From Camelus ferus (taxonomy: Eukaryota), in NCBI RefSeq assembly GCF_009834535.1, contig NC_045696.1:114144001-114208000 (forward strand): a stretch of DNA of 64,000 bases, given 5' to 3'. The position numbers and the translations under genes are program-made. The notes below the pieces were generated by a model. It saw only the letters and a list, made by a program, of their open reading frames with translations. It made no database searches and was not told the origin of the DNA. Of the stretch, positions 50,711 through 63,876 are shown one piece after another (the stretch's first letter is position 1; each line of letters begins with the position of its first letter).

Positions 50711-51984
50711 TTGTGTATTCAGTTTTATCCTTTCAACATTTTACTCAGGATACATTCTCTGGATGGGTGTTACTGGGCTGGGCTGACCATACTTCTTGGT
50801 TTCCCACGGGACCATGCCTGGTGTATTTGTTAATAGTGCCCACTTTTGAGCTCAGAAGTGCTCCCATTTGGGCAAAAATTTCATAGTTTTCTTGGCTATG
50901 ATTGGTATTAAGGCTATTGAACACTTTTGGAAGGAAGAACTAATAAAATCAAATGATCAACAATAAAATATTTTATGTAACATTGAGAATAACCACTTTA
51001 GAAAAGAAAATTTAGTGGAAACAAAAAGCTTCTTTAGAAAAGATGATCAAAATAAGTCTAAATTCTCCACACAATCATATAATTAAGAAGAATGGGATTA
51101 ATTAAATGACAGTCATATTTGGGGGCCTTTTTTTGTTCTTAGCAAATATATGGTTATTAATGCTCCAAGGTGGTGGGGAGTACTACTTAAAAATTAAGAT
51201 GTTAACTATTTTTAAAATCTACAGATAATTCTGGTATTATATTACAATTTCATTAATTCTGTGATTGTCTGTGATTTGCGATTTTTGATTTGTGATTATT
51301 CAGGAAGGATGTTAAGGCTTCTCTTTGCTATCTCAAGAAACAAAAGAACATAGCTAAGTGATGAATAGTATATGCAAGAATAAAAAGAGATACTTACTCA
51401 CTTTGGAGAATAAATAACTTAAAGAACTTCGGTAACTGTACTTACTAGACAAGATGAAATGACTTGTAAGCAGAGCTTTGTAGCTGCTTGGATTGGTGCT
51501 CTGATTTGCTAATTCAAATTATTCTCATCTATTCATTAAGTTAGGATCTGCTTCCAAATATGGCTTGCATGTCCCATTCCAATCAGTATATGAACATGAC
51601 CATGGCAAAGCCTCATTTCCTTCAAAATAGTGCACCATCATTATATTCCTTCTTCCCGTTCCAGACAGATGTGCCCCTTGAATTTGTTCCATATTTATAG
51701 AATTTTGCTAGAGGCCATATTTTTAGGAAGAAGGCGAAAAAAATGCAAGTGTTTCTAAGACTTGAGTTTAGTTGTGACTTTTAATGAAACCAAAGTGTAG
51801 TCCAGGGCATGACGCTTTGGACTGACTGCCTCCTCCCTCTGGAAAGAAAGGGCATGTGGAAGGCAGGGTGTGTACCAGAGGTGGTTTGTAGTTGCCTGGG
51901 GTGTGGAGGCGAGGCAGCTGGGGAGATCAGGGAGGCTGCTCATGGAAGGTTCCAGAGTTTTGAAGGTTTGATGGAGTGTACAAA

Positions 51985-52140
51985 CCGTTGAGTCTGAGAC
52001 AGCATTATTTTAATCTTATCTTCAATGCGATTAGCTCTGTGACCAGGGACAAATTATTCACCTTCTTTGAGACTCAGTTTCCTTGTTTGCATATCAGTGA
52101 GCAAATTTCTCTCAGCAGTTACGGGGCAGTGAGATTGGAT
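51985..52140 (+). mobile_element. MIR fragment
   Basis: TTAGCTCTGTGACCAGGGACAAATTATTCACCTTCTTTGAGACTCAGTTTCC core. Confidence 0.65.
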
Positions 52141-52819
52141 TGTCTCCTCAAAAGAGAAGGAAAAGACAAAAAATGCCCGAGAGGAGAGGCAGCCAGGAAA
52201 AATCAAGAAAGCTTGAATTTTGTGTGATTCTCCTTAAGGAGAACAGATCCCCTTGCTGGAGGGAAGGAGATGGGGGACTTTGAACGGGCTTAGCCATCTT
52301 GCTTAGTTGGATCAGAGTGGATGACTGGCCATTCTTCCCTTGCCAGGGTTAGGCATCTTTTAGGGCAGTGCAGGCTTCAGAGGGTGTGGCTTGGAGGAGA
52401 CCAGCAATTAGAGATATCTGAAGTTCTCTTTTATTTCAAGCACTTTTTCTTCTTTTACTTTTCTTTTCTTTTTAAAATGAACATCCCTTTCTTCACACTG
52501 ACCTTTCTCTTTCATGTGGAAGACTTTTTACAAACATCTGGTGGTTCCTGATCACCTCTTTATATTTTAAAATGAGGTACAGAAAGTTGATTGGGAGTTT
52601 TGTTGGAAGGTGAGAGGCTGTGGATAGGTGCCTCTGAGTAGAGAGTTATGGAGCAAGGAGCTGACCAGCCCCAGGACCTTAGAATGCTCCCACTTGTGAT
52701 AATGGGGAGGTGCTTGATCGCGTCTGAAGCAAATGTTTCCGATTTCCTGCCTGGGAAAGCAGATTCCTGTGCAAAAGATGCTGTGTGACAGATGTGGTCT
52801 GTATCATCCTTATCTTGAC

Positions 52820-53305
52820 TGTTCTAGCCATTATGGCTGTGTAACAAGTGTCCCCAGAACCTGGTGGCTTAAAGCTATCATTTATCACCTCCGAAGGTGT
52901 CTGTGGGTCAGAAACTTGGTAGTGGCTCTGACTGGTGGTTTGGATTTGGGATTGCTCATAAACTGGGACCACAGTCATCTGAAGGCTTGACTGGAGCTGG
53001 AAGACCCACTTCCATGTCAGCTTGCTCTGATGCCTGGAAAGTCGGTGCTGAGGCTGGGCTCTCCACAGGGTTACTTGAGCATCCTCACAGCATGCTGGCT
53101 TCTCCCAAGAGAGCAATCCAAGAGGACAGAGTGGCAGTGGCAAAGCCTCTCCAGACTAAGCTTCAGAAATCACTCCTTGTCACTTCTGCTATATTCTGTT
53201 GGCCATGTAGGGCCATCCTTTATTTAATATGAGAGGGTACTAAACCAATGACTAGCAGGAGCTAAGAATCATTATTGGAGGTCATCTTGGATGGTGGCCA
53301 CCACA
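52820..53305 (-). mobile_element. MaLR solo LTR, MLT1F-like
   Basis: GCTGTGTAACAA...CAGTCATCTGAAGGCTTGACTGGAGCTGGA...CATCTTGGATGGTGGCCACCACA. Confidence 0.85.
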
Positions 53306-54929
53306 CTGACTTCCAGTTTGTCTTCCTGTGTTCAGTTTTACATCTTACTCTGATTTGTAACTTAGTTTCTAATTCGAGGTCCCCCTGGGACTCTGGCAAG
53401 AAGTCAGGCAATTGTGTGCCCCTGTTTCCCTATCTGCCTCTATGTACACACTATGCCAAATGCCTCCTTCCTTCTCAGAACTTTCTGGAAATCTTTCGCC
53501 TGCCAGTCGATTCCTTTCTGTTCTCTTTCTCATGATAAGTGTATACATTTTTCCTTCACTATCATTAGTGACTTATTAGGAGGAAGGAAAGAGAACCGTA
53601 TTTGGTCAATTTGTCATTTTTCACTTGAAGCCAGAAACTGTGTTTTTTAATGCAGTTCGCAGAATGGAACATAATTTTACTCCATGGGACTAATTTTCTG
53701 ATTACATCTGTGAATAAACTGCCTTCATCTCATAGCAAAGAACAACCTTAATCTGATTGATATTGAAGGATTTTAAGAAACTTCAGTTTATCTATGAGAC
53801 ACAAGTGATGCCATTGCACTATGCTGCTTGACACTTAAAATTTCTTAGTCTTATTTTGGTATTAATGTAAAGTTAGGACTGCAATTTATAATGGGCTTCA
53901 TGCTGTGAAGTTGGCACTGTGTTTTAGAAGCTGGAGCAAAAGATTAGTTTGATGACTGGTGATCTTGTCACGTTTGTGTGGAAGCAACTCTATAATGTAC
54001 CTTTTTCTATCATTAAAAACATCTCCTTCCCTCACCAAATACAATTTGCTCATAAATATTTATAGCTCTCCATTCCCCAGGCTTTCTGTTACAGAGGCTT
54101 TCATTTACCCTGATGCAGCCCTCTATCTAGTTTTTTTCAGTTAATAAAGGGTACACATTTTTCTTTTGGAAGCTGGTAAGAAACTAAATCGCAAAGAGCC
54201 CCAAATATCTAATGGTAGAGTTAGTTTTACATTCAAACTTCTCTCTTTTTTGTTTAAAAAAGCCTCAACTCCCAAACAGTTTATATTCATTGCTTGAAAA
54301 ATTAGAAAATACACATAACTGAAAATAAAAATAGTAAACAAAAATCAGTCATAATTTTACCACTTTCCTCTTGGCGTGTATCCCATTGATTTGTTTTTCT
54401 GTACATACATATTCATTATTCTCTGTATTAATTTGTCACTTAATGGTTTATTATGACCATCTTTCCTTATTAAGGAATATAAGCCAGTTACTTCTCAATT
54501 ACACTTCAAAAAAGCTGAGATAAAAAGGAAACATAAGCCTAAAGAATCAGTTTTAATGTCAGTATACTGCTCCATTTTATGAATAAAATAATATGTTTAA
54601 CCAATTCCCTATTGATGAGTATATTTAGGTTGCTATAAAATCTTGATTATAATAAATAGTGCTGTGATGAAAATTCATGTATGTGTGTGTATGTATGTAT
54701 GTATACATGCACACACACACACACTGTTACTCTACTTCTGAACGGTAGATACTTTGATGTAGAATTGCCGAGTTACAAGATATGCACAGTTCGTATTGTC
54801 AACTTGACCTCCAGAGGGGTGGAAATATTTACACAACCACAAACGTGTACTGGAATCTCCAGTTCTTTGCACCCTCAATAGTGTCAGTGTTAATCATCCT
54901 TTTACTATTTGCCAACAGCAAGCACTCCA

Positions 54930-55352
54930 TTTCCATGTCCAGATTCACTCTCTGTCTTCTCCGCCCTGTTCTCTGGGGCATCAGCAGGTGTCCTGCCCTC
55001 TGACCTCCTCATGGGTCAGCAGCAGAGTCACTGGCAGGACAAATGGGAGCAGTGTGAGGTCGAAGCACTGGTTCTTCTGCTCCCTCTCTGCCAGGCCGAG
55101 GCTGGATGGACTGCATTCTACCAAAGTTCCCGGCTCCTGTCTGATGGTCTCCGGGGGCTGCCCTTCCCTTACTTCTGACTTAGGGTGGGAGATGTCTCCT
55201 TCCTGGGCTGCTGTTCACCCTGGACCTTCACCAGCCCCAGTTGGTCTCTACCATCACTCCTCACACTTGTATAAAAAACTCATGACATTAAACTCTCCCT
55301 GGTCATCCTGCTCAGCTGTGCCCTGTTTTCCCCCAGGCCCTTCACTAATAGA
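54930..55352 (+). mobile_element. ERVL solo LTR (LTR41-like) within an old L1ME-like remnant
   Basis: CCAGATTCACTCTC...CATTAAACTCTCC...GTGCCCTGTTTTCCCCCAGGCCCTTCACTAATA; flanks 54560-54910 and 55360-56170 look like old minus-strand L1. Confidence 0.6.
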
Positions 55353-56876
55353 TCTAAAAAAGTAGTATCTAATTTTTATGGTAATATTTTGCCTCATATT
55401 ACAATTTCCTTCCAAATTTGTCATTTAACCTTGTTTTCAGCAGTTTTGCAGTTCACTGTGAAATAGCTTCATGCAGCCAGAATTTTGGATCTTTTTCTTG
55501 TTATGCCCCATTTAGAAAGTTCTTCCCCAACCTGATTGTGCAAATAACCACCAGAATTTTCTTCTGTTATATTTACAATTACATTTTTAATAGTTATACC
55601 TTTAATTTGCCTGGATTTTATTCTGGATGGAGGTATGACTTAAGGATACATGTTTCTTTTTTTCTTTAATGGTTTTTCTCCAGTTTTCCCCAAAACACTT
55701 ACTAAATATTTATCCTTTCCCCACTGATTCAATAGTCTCCCTTTTTCATCATTAATCACTTATTTGTTCTGCTTCATTGATGTATATGTCTGTCCTGGCT
55801 CCCTTGTCAAGACATTTTCATTTCTATAACTTTAAAATGTATTTTAACATATGGTACAATAGGTTTCGCCTTGTTACTCTTCTAATTCAGAAAATTTCTG
55901 AATATTCAATTCTTATGTTTAGTCTCAACAAATCGAGATTTTTTTTCAAGACCCTTCCCCTCCAAAAGTATCTTAGAATTTTATTTGGCATTGTGCTATA
56001 TATTTACATATTATTTTGTAGAGAACTGATATCTTTTCAATTTTCAGTTTTCCAATCCAGAGATATGGTTAATATATATTTACTTAAATCTTTTACTATC
56101 TCAGTTAAGTTTCTTCACATGCCTTGTATAATTTTTGTATTAAAAATAAATCGTCACTGCTATTGTGGAATGTTTATTCTTGTTATGAAAGATATGGTGA
56201 AGGAGAGAGAGAATTATTCCTATTAGAGTTTTGAAAAGTCACTAGCAAATTTCAATTCAAATTCATTATAAGCTATTGTGCAAAGAATTTCCATTTTCCC
56301 TGATATTTGTACTCAGAGTAACTGACCAGCAATTTCACATTAATTTCAGTTATGTATTACATAGTGTAACTTATTTCATAAATGCATAAATTGCCTTCCA
56401 CTTCTAAGACCATACAGTTCTTTAATATTTATACCTTAAACCTTACCAAGCATTAGTGGCATCCCACAATAACCTTATGAGGAAAGAAATCCACATATAC
56501 ACAGTAATTATCTATAAAAATAAAAACTCCACAGACATAAGTGTTCAACATAGCAACACAATGTTAAAAAAAAACATTTACAGATTGACTAGCCCTAGAT
56601 TTTCCAAACATTTTGCTAAATGTGAATAATTTTTATTGTAGTAAGATGAATATTAAACATTCACACTAGAGAATTTAAGTACATTTAATATATAGCTTAA
56701 AAATTACTTCTAATTCACTTCCAAAATGAGTTTAGTATTGTTGTAGAAATTATTAATAGTACAAAAATCTATATACATTCCTCAAATGAAATTTCTAAGC
56801 TGATTGTTAAGTTTTCTACAATGCACCTGAATTTTGTGTGCATTGTTTTAAGTTCCTGAATTTAGTCAATGGGCTT

Positions 56877-57867
56877 AACAAAAACTTTGTTTTTTAGAGC
56901 TGTTTCAGGTTCACAGCAAAATTGAGCAGAAGATACAAAGATTTCCCATGCATCCCCTGCCCCCACACATGCACAGCCTCTCTCATTATCAGTATCCCCC
57001 ACCAGAGTGGTACCTTTGTTACTGTTCGTGAAACTACATTGACACATAATCACATGAAGTCCACAGTTTGCATTATGGTTCACTTTTACTGTTGTACATT
57101 CTGTGGATTTGGAAAAATTGATAATGACGTATTTCCACCATTACAATATCATACAGTGTAGTTTCACTGCCTTAATAATTTTGTGTACTCTGCCTATTCA
57201 TCCTTCCTTCCCCCTATTCCCTGGCAGCCGCTGATCCTTCTACTGTCTCCATAGTTTTGCCTTTTTCAGAGTGTCATGTAGTTGGAATAACATAGCATGT
57301 AGCCTTTTCAGATTGGTTTCTTTCACTTAGAAATACCCATTTAAGTTGCCTTCATGACTTTACATGGCTTGAAAGCTCATTTCTCTTTAGCACTGAATAA
57401 TATTCCATTGTCTGGATGTACCACAGTTTATTTATCCATTCACCTACTGAAGGACATGTTATGTTGGTTGCTTCCAAGTTTTGGCAATTATGAATAAAGC
57501 TCCTATAAACGTCCGTGTGCAGGATTTTGTGTGAACATAAGTTTTCGGTTCCTCTGGATAAATACCAAGGAGCTTGGTTGCTGGATCATATGGTAAGAGT
57601 ATGTTTAGTTTTATAAGAAACCACCAAACTGTCTTCTAAAGTGGCTTGACCATCATGTATTCCCACCAGCAATGAATGAGAGTTCCACTTGCTCCTTGCC
57701 CTTGCCGGGATTTGGTGTTGTCAATGTTTCAGATTTGGGGCGTTCTGATAGGTGTGTAGTGGTATCTCATTGTTTTAATTTGCATTTCCCTGATGTCATA
57801 TGATGTGGAGCATCTTTTCATGTGCTTTTTTGCTATGTTTATATCTTCTCTGGTGAGATAACTGTTT
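56877..57867 (-). mobile_element. L1MC1-like 3' fragment
   Basis: TTTTAGAGCTGTTTCAGGTTCACAGCAAAATTGAGCAGAAG 3' end plus ORF2 end; flanking AATGGGCTT at 56868 and 57868. Confidence 0.88.
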
Positions 57868-59859
57868 AATGGGCTTCTCTTTTTATTGCTGATGTTTCAA
57901 TGGAGGATACAGCTGTAGGATGGAATATCTGTATTGTGTGTGTTCAACGAATTGATAAACTGAAAGATGGGAAGATTAAGTGGTTATGTTAGCTCATTGC
58001 CTTAGTTTATGTCCTTTAGACTTTTGACTTCTCCCATCGCAAGAGTCTCTGACCAGTCTGTCCTCTCTCCAAAACATTTATCTTGACCTTTTGTGTTCTC
58101 TTTGAGGACAAGTCACAGTATGTCCTTCTTCCCCAAAGGTTTCAAAGAGAAATGAGAACCTTCAAAGCTTCTTATGCCTGCAGAGTAAGCTTACAGTGTC
58201 TAGATTTGCAGCCGGTATCCCCAAGTCTGTCCCTTGGCTTTAGTAACCTATCTTTCCCTTTCCTGTCTTCATATTGTGCTCACAGTGTTCTGTCTTCTTC
58301 AGCCTTTGAAACTCTACCCAAACTCTCAGCAAGGCTCAAACACTAAGTCTTTCATTATGATTTTGTTGATTTTCCTCATCTGAAATGAACATTTCATTTT
58401 TTATGGCATTTTTTGTGCCTCTCTTATATGCTTGGTAATTTTGGTTCATATGCTTTAAGAATCGTTCTATTTAGTAAACACCTTGGTGGCAGGTAGGATG
58501 TTTTATTAATCTGTGCATGCCATACCTTGCTGTGCCTAGTCTAATTCAGGTCTTACAACAGCAGTATATAGAACTGAGTGGTGGTTTCTAATGCCAAGTC
58601 TCGCTGGACAATGTTGATATTAGCCAAAGTTGGACTATTATGTAATTGAATACGTGCAAATAAATTTGTAGGTTTTCACTGTTAATTTTGTTTGGGAGAA
58701 GGGTGAAATGATTTATTTTACAAGTATTTATTATATTCTGCCATGTTTCCCCCTTTCTGCGATCCTTTACTTAACCACGTTAACTGTTTTTTGAAAAAAT
58801 ATATAACAGATTAATAATTCTGGTTTTCATCTGAGTAGAATAAAAAACACTAAGTAATGGATATTTTTTAAATAGGTGTCATTTTTACTATGTCTGAGTA
58901 TGGCTGTTATTTAATTTTTAAATAGTTTACTCTTAATGCCAGTTTAATGGTTATTTAGGAATAGTTCAGCTGTTCTAACTAGAGGAGGGAATTTGCAAAT
59001 TTAAATATAGTGAAGATATTCATCATGAATATTTCTGTGAATGGTTGTAATGGGAAATTGTCAATGGCTTAATTTTCATTATTTTTTCTTTTGCATTATT
59101 TCACAAAAGCAAACTCTGTGTAATCACTTTTATACCAAATGACTGTGGCTATCATTTAGGAGGCTGGAATTGGCTCCAGCCCCAGTTATCACTAGGGGGG
59201 ATAATTTCAGAGTATTTCCAGGGGATGGTCAAATAACTTGACTGGTTAATAAAGTTTTTCCTATTGTGAAAAAGAAGCAATGCCACAGGATAAGATAAGG
59301 CTTAGCGGTTTTGACACTGAACTAGCTCCAAATGAGGGAGTATGTCTGTAAGTACCACGAACGTGAATACCGCCTACTTTCACATGGTGCCCATGAAGGC
59401 AAGTGTGCTGGAGTCCTTAACTGCTGGATGTAGACCTGGGACATTTGATATTGTAGAAAAGAAAATTGATTTTAAAGATCTGCAGTGGGCCAGTGGGAAA
59501 GGAAAGTTCTGGCTGCCTTAGGGTTAGTAAGCATACATGGAGTTTCTGCCCTTTTCCAATAAAATTTGGTTTGAACTTCTACCTCATCCTTAAGTGTTTC
59601 AGACAGAAAAATGGCAAAACTTAAATAGCAGGGAACAATGGATTATTGTCAGTCTCCTGTGCATTTCAGAGGTAGAAAGCATCTTTTTTAGAAACTTCTA
59701 TTTCCCTTACAAGTTTAGTTAGATTGTGTGTAATTGTTTTGAATTAGTTTAATGATTACAAAATGAATGAATCCTACTTTCCCATGTCAATGGATGAATG
59801 AATTGCCTGGCTGCGTGCTGTCAAAGTATTACACTCGGAGACAAGGCAGGAGGATGTGG

Positions 59860-60055
59860 GAAGTGTGTGTATCTGGGGAGTCGGAATTGAGTTCCAAGCC
59901 TTCGTTTCTCTTACTGACTGGGAGATTTTGGCAAACTTACTTCACCTCCTCTGTACAATCAGGGTAATGCCTGCTTTGTACATTCGTTCTTTGGAGAAGA
60001 AATATTAGACAGTGCTTACTATTTCTTGGTACACAGTGGGAGTTCAAAAATGATA
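59860..60055 (+). mobile_element. MIR fragment
   Basis: TGAGTTCCAAGCC...TTACTGACTGGGAGATTTTGGCAAACTTACTTCACCTCCTCTG. Confidence 0.6.
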
Positions 60056-60237
60056 TCAATTTTAACAGCTTAAATACTCACACATATTATTACTACAAAT
60101 TTAAACAGCAACAACTAAGCTATTTGGTAGGAAACTTCATGAGTGAGGTTTGGTTGAAAAAAAGCAAGAAAACAGGTACATGTCTTGTTTTGGTCAAAAT
60201 GGAGAAATCACAGAAAAAGTTTCTTCTGAACAATTCT

Positions 60238-60435
60238 TTTTTTAAAAATATTTTTGTTTTTTATTATCTTTTAAAAATTTGCATTCATTTTTATTGAAGT
60301 ATAGTCAGTTTACAATGTTGTGTCATAAACAGCATAACGTTTTAATCATACCTATTTATTTTTTATTTTTAGTGGAGGTACTGGGGATTGAACCCGGGAC
60401 TTCCTGCATGCTAAGCATGCGCTCTACCCTCCCCC
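60238..60435 (-). mobile_element. Vic-1-type SINE head fused to an L1 3' end under one TSD
   Basis: SINE ~60370-60435; L1-like tail ~60290-60350; TSD TCTGAACAATTCT (60225) / TCTGAGCAATTCT (60440). Confidence 0.8.
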
Positions 60436-61987
60436 TGCCTCTGAGCAATTCTAAGTAAACATTTTCTACTGGACAGAGAGTTTCTGTGACATGAGCAATC
60501 CTGGCTTCACCTTTTGGATGATGCGGGATTTACCATCTTCCACAGCAGGAGACTTTCCCATCAACCTTGGGTAGGTGTTGTCACTCATTTTTTTCTAGTC
60601 TAAACAAGTCCTTTTTCAATAGGACAGTGTGCACATTGCTCTATTGTACCAAATGCCCTTTATATTCCAATAATGGCCAGAATTCTGCCTCCTCTTGGGG
60701 GTAATGACATCCCTTGATATTGATAGATACCTCTAGTTGTCTGTATCTATCTACTTACTTAACCACTAGAGAAACTTTGTGGCAGGATATCCATGTCTTT
60801 ATTTATTTTTATTTATTTCTACTGCCACATTTCCCTATAAAACACATTCACAGCCGTGTAAATAATTTCCTGGGGGATCTCATGTGGATGAGTCATCATT
60901 CTTTTTTTGGTGCTTCGGTTTCTCTCTGGCTCTCATGGAATGTCTGCTTTTGCCCTTTGGATGTTTAGAGACCACATTTTGCAGCCCCAGTATTTTTCCT
61001 AATTAGAAAAGTAACATAAGACAAACTAAAAGTATGTCTGAAGTAGAGAATAGAGTTGCAAACAAGAGTCTGGAGCAAAGAGGTGTAAGTTTCATTGGAT
61101 ATTTTAGACAATTCAGGGAAAACTTATCTGGGACTTGGAGATATTGACTTAAATAGTGATTGACTAACTGATATGGCACAAAATTTTAAAAATGTGAGCT
61201 ATATTTTGAAAGATAATAATATGGCCCAGGTAATGAGGGGAACACTTACTGTAAATGTGGGATTCCCTTTAGTATACTCGTGAGAAGCCAGGCAAGAGAG
61301 AATACTCTATGAAAATGAAAAACCTCAATGTTGAAATGTCAAGAAAGTGAAATGATTAAGCCAGAGTAAAAAGAGGCATAAAGAATAAATGTCAGTAAAA
61401 AAATGTTGCTATCTGAGTAGAAAATGTTGCAGTTTGAATAGAAAATTCTTGCAGTTTGAGAGAAAAACTAACCATTTTTCTCTTGTGTTGAAATAATATG
61501 AGATATGATGTAATACAAAGAAGAGAAATACTAAAGCAGAAAGTGTAATGATTTTTTTGTAAGCATAGAGTAATAGAAAACAAGAGTCCTCAGACAACAT
61601 AAAGTAAAAAGGGAAAATTACTGTAGTTAATGAATGAGTAGTCTTAAAAGAGAGAGGCAATACTTTATTCACACTAAAAAAAAAAACACCAGATTTAATA
61701 TATCTAAACTAGTTTAAAAAATCATCCAATATGCTCAAAAATAAGTAATCAGTTAGCCTCCATGTTTTGGAATCTCTGTGGCATGTGAGTGAAGATAAAG
61801 ACCAGCAGAGCCTTCATAAAAAGCTGTTTATGAGAGATTTTAGGTGAACAGAATAGACAATACAGAGAATGATCTTAGTTTTTTTGTAAAGAAAAAAATA
61901 TATGTGTGCACATGTAGGAAAAATTCACTAAAGAATTACAAGTGATTACTTCTTAGACACAAAATTTGAATTTATGAATTTATTATG

Positions 61988-62270
61988 AATTCATTCATTC
62001 ATTCAAAACATGTTTACCAAACACCTGCTGTATGTCAGGCACTGTGCAGGGCTCTGGATAAATATTTGCAAACAAAACACATGCTTCATGTAAATTCTAG
62101 AGGAAAATCAGACACTTATCAAGTAAACAGATGAATAAAATTAATTAGACATTATTGATAAGTGCTCAGAGGGTAGTAAGTGTGATCTCAGAGGGCTGTG
62201 GCATAGAGGGGAGGTGAGGGTAACAGCCTGGAGGGTTGCACAAAGCATCTCTTAGGAGATTTGAAGGAGG
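61988..62270 (-). mobile_element. L2 3' fragment
   Basis: TTCATTCATTCATTCAAAACATGTTTA...ATGTCAGGCACTGTGCAGGGCTCTGG. Confidence 0.8.
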
Positions 62271-63876
62271 GGAGGGAGCCAGCCCTTCCAACAGCCAGGA
62301 GAACAGGAACAGACAATCTTTGAAATTTCTTTTAGCACACAAGAGGCTTAGTAGGGTAGATACAGGGAATACTTTTGAAAAACAGAATATAGTAGAGTCA
62401 GGTGTGATTTTTATTTTCTTTACACTCATATCATAACATGTTTAGAACAGTCATTCTGACACTACATCTGACACTACAGGGGGTGGGGAGGTAAGAAATA
62501 AAGGTGAGGAAAAGATGTCCAAGTTGCAGAATGACTAAAGAGCGAGACTTTAAAGACTTTAAAGACACAAGGAAGGGGAATTTTCACAGGCAAAACAATA
62601 AGGTGGGAACTTCAGAAAGCCAAAGGTGAAACAAACAAGCAGTGCCCGTCAAATATGTTATTAGGTGCTAGGTTTTGGTGTGGAGGAAATACAGAGCAAT
62701 GGGGAGGTTTAGTGTGATGGTAAGGTATTGCCACAGATGGTCGTGAGTGCCTCACTGACCTCACCTCATCATTTGGTCACACATTACAGAAACAGAAGCC
62801 ACTCCTCTCCAATCCTGAAGGTCTAGCTGTGTCCCACTCCCTTCAGGATGCCCTCCTGATGACTTCAGCACAGCACAGTGTTTGCTTTCTGAATTTTTAC
62901 AGCATTTATAACAAACACTGTAATTTACAGACTGCAATCAATACTAGCACTTCATTGGGACCAACTCATTTATTTTCTTATTACGAGCAAGCCCTCCTCT
63001 GATTAAAACTGGCACATTTTTAATATATATCCATGGATTCAAAAGTCATGATCGGGTAAGAAGTACTCCAAAAGCTGGCTAAAGAGAATCATTTTTTAAA
63101 AGTTACATACCTAACAAACCTTTTATTTTTGTTTAGAATGTAAATGGATATTCATTTTTCAATCTTTGATTATAAGGCAAAATTCTTTTCTTGGAGTACA
63201 AGTTTGTTTACTGAAGTAGCATTGTCTTCCTTGCATGAAGTTCACCCATTATGAATCTCTAATTTTCCATTTTTTGAACACGACATTAAAAGCCATCTTT
63301 TAGAGAAATTGAAGGATGGAATTCTTCTAACATTCTATCTTTTCCTCTGGTCCTTTCAAAGTTCTTTCACCCAGGTTTGATTTGACTCTACTGTTTTTAA
63401 GGGACTTGCCTTTATTGAGCCTTTCCAAAATCACTCAGCTGAGATTTCATGTAAATGACTATTTCCACCCTCATACTTACCAGTTTATAGACTATTCAAT
63501 TAAATTCTGTAATTATAATAACAAGTCCAACTGGCATTAATAATTTGGAGACAAACTTAACTGACTCTTGTTAAAATGTAACTCAGCTGGTACAATCCCT
63601 GTCATTAAGGAGGAGGGTGTGTGTGTGTGTGTGCTGGTTTTGGTCAACATACCATTGGCATCAGTCAGTCTATTTTCTGGAGGGACTGGGAGAGCTTCAG
63701 GCAATCTGTGATGGGTGCGTAAGTGGAAAACAGATAGAAGGGCCCTTCCATACATGTTTTCTACACTCAGTTTTTTTCAGCTCGGTCCTCTAGCTTAGAC
63801 AACTGACTGTGATGGATCATTGGAACAATTATTGCATTAAAGACTGGTGGCTACAGTGTTTTCATCAAATAGTAAT

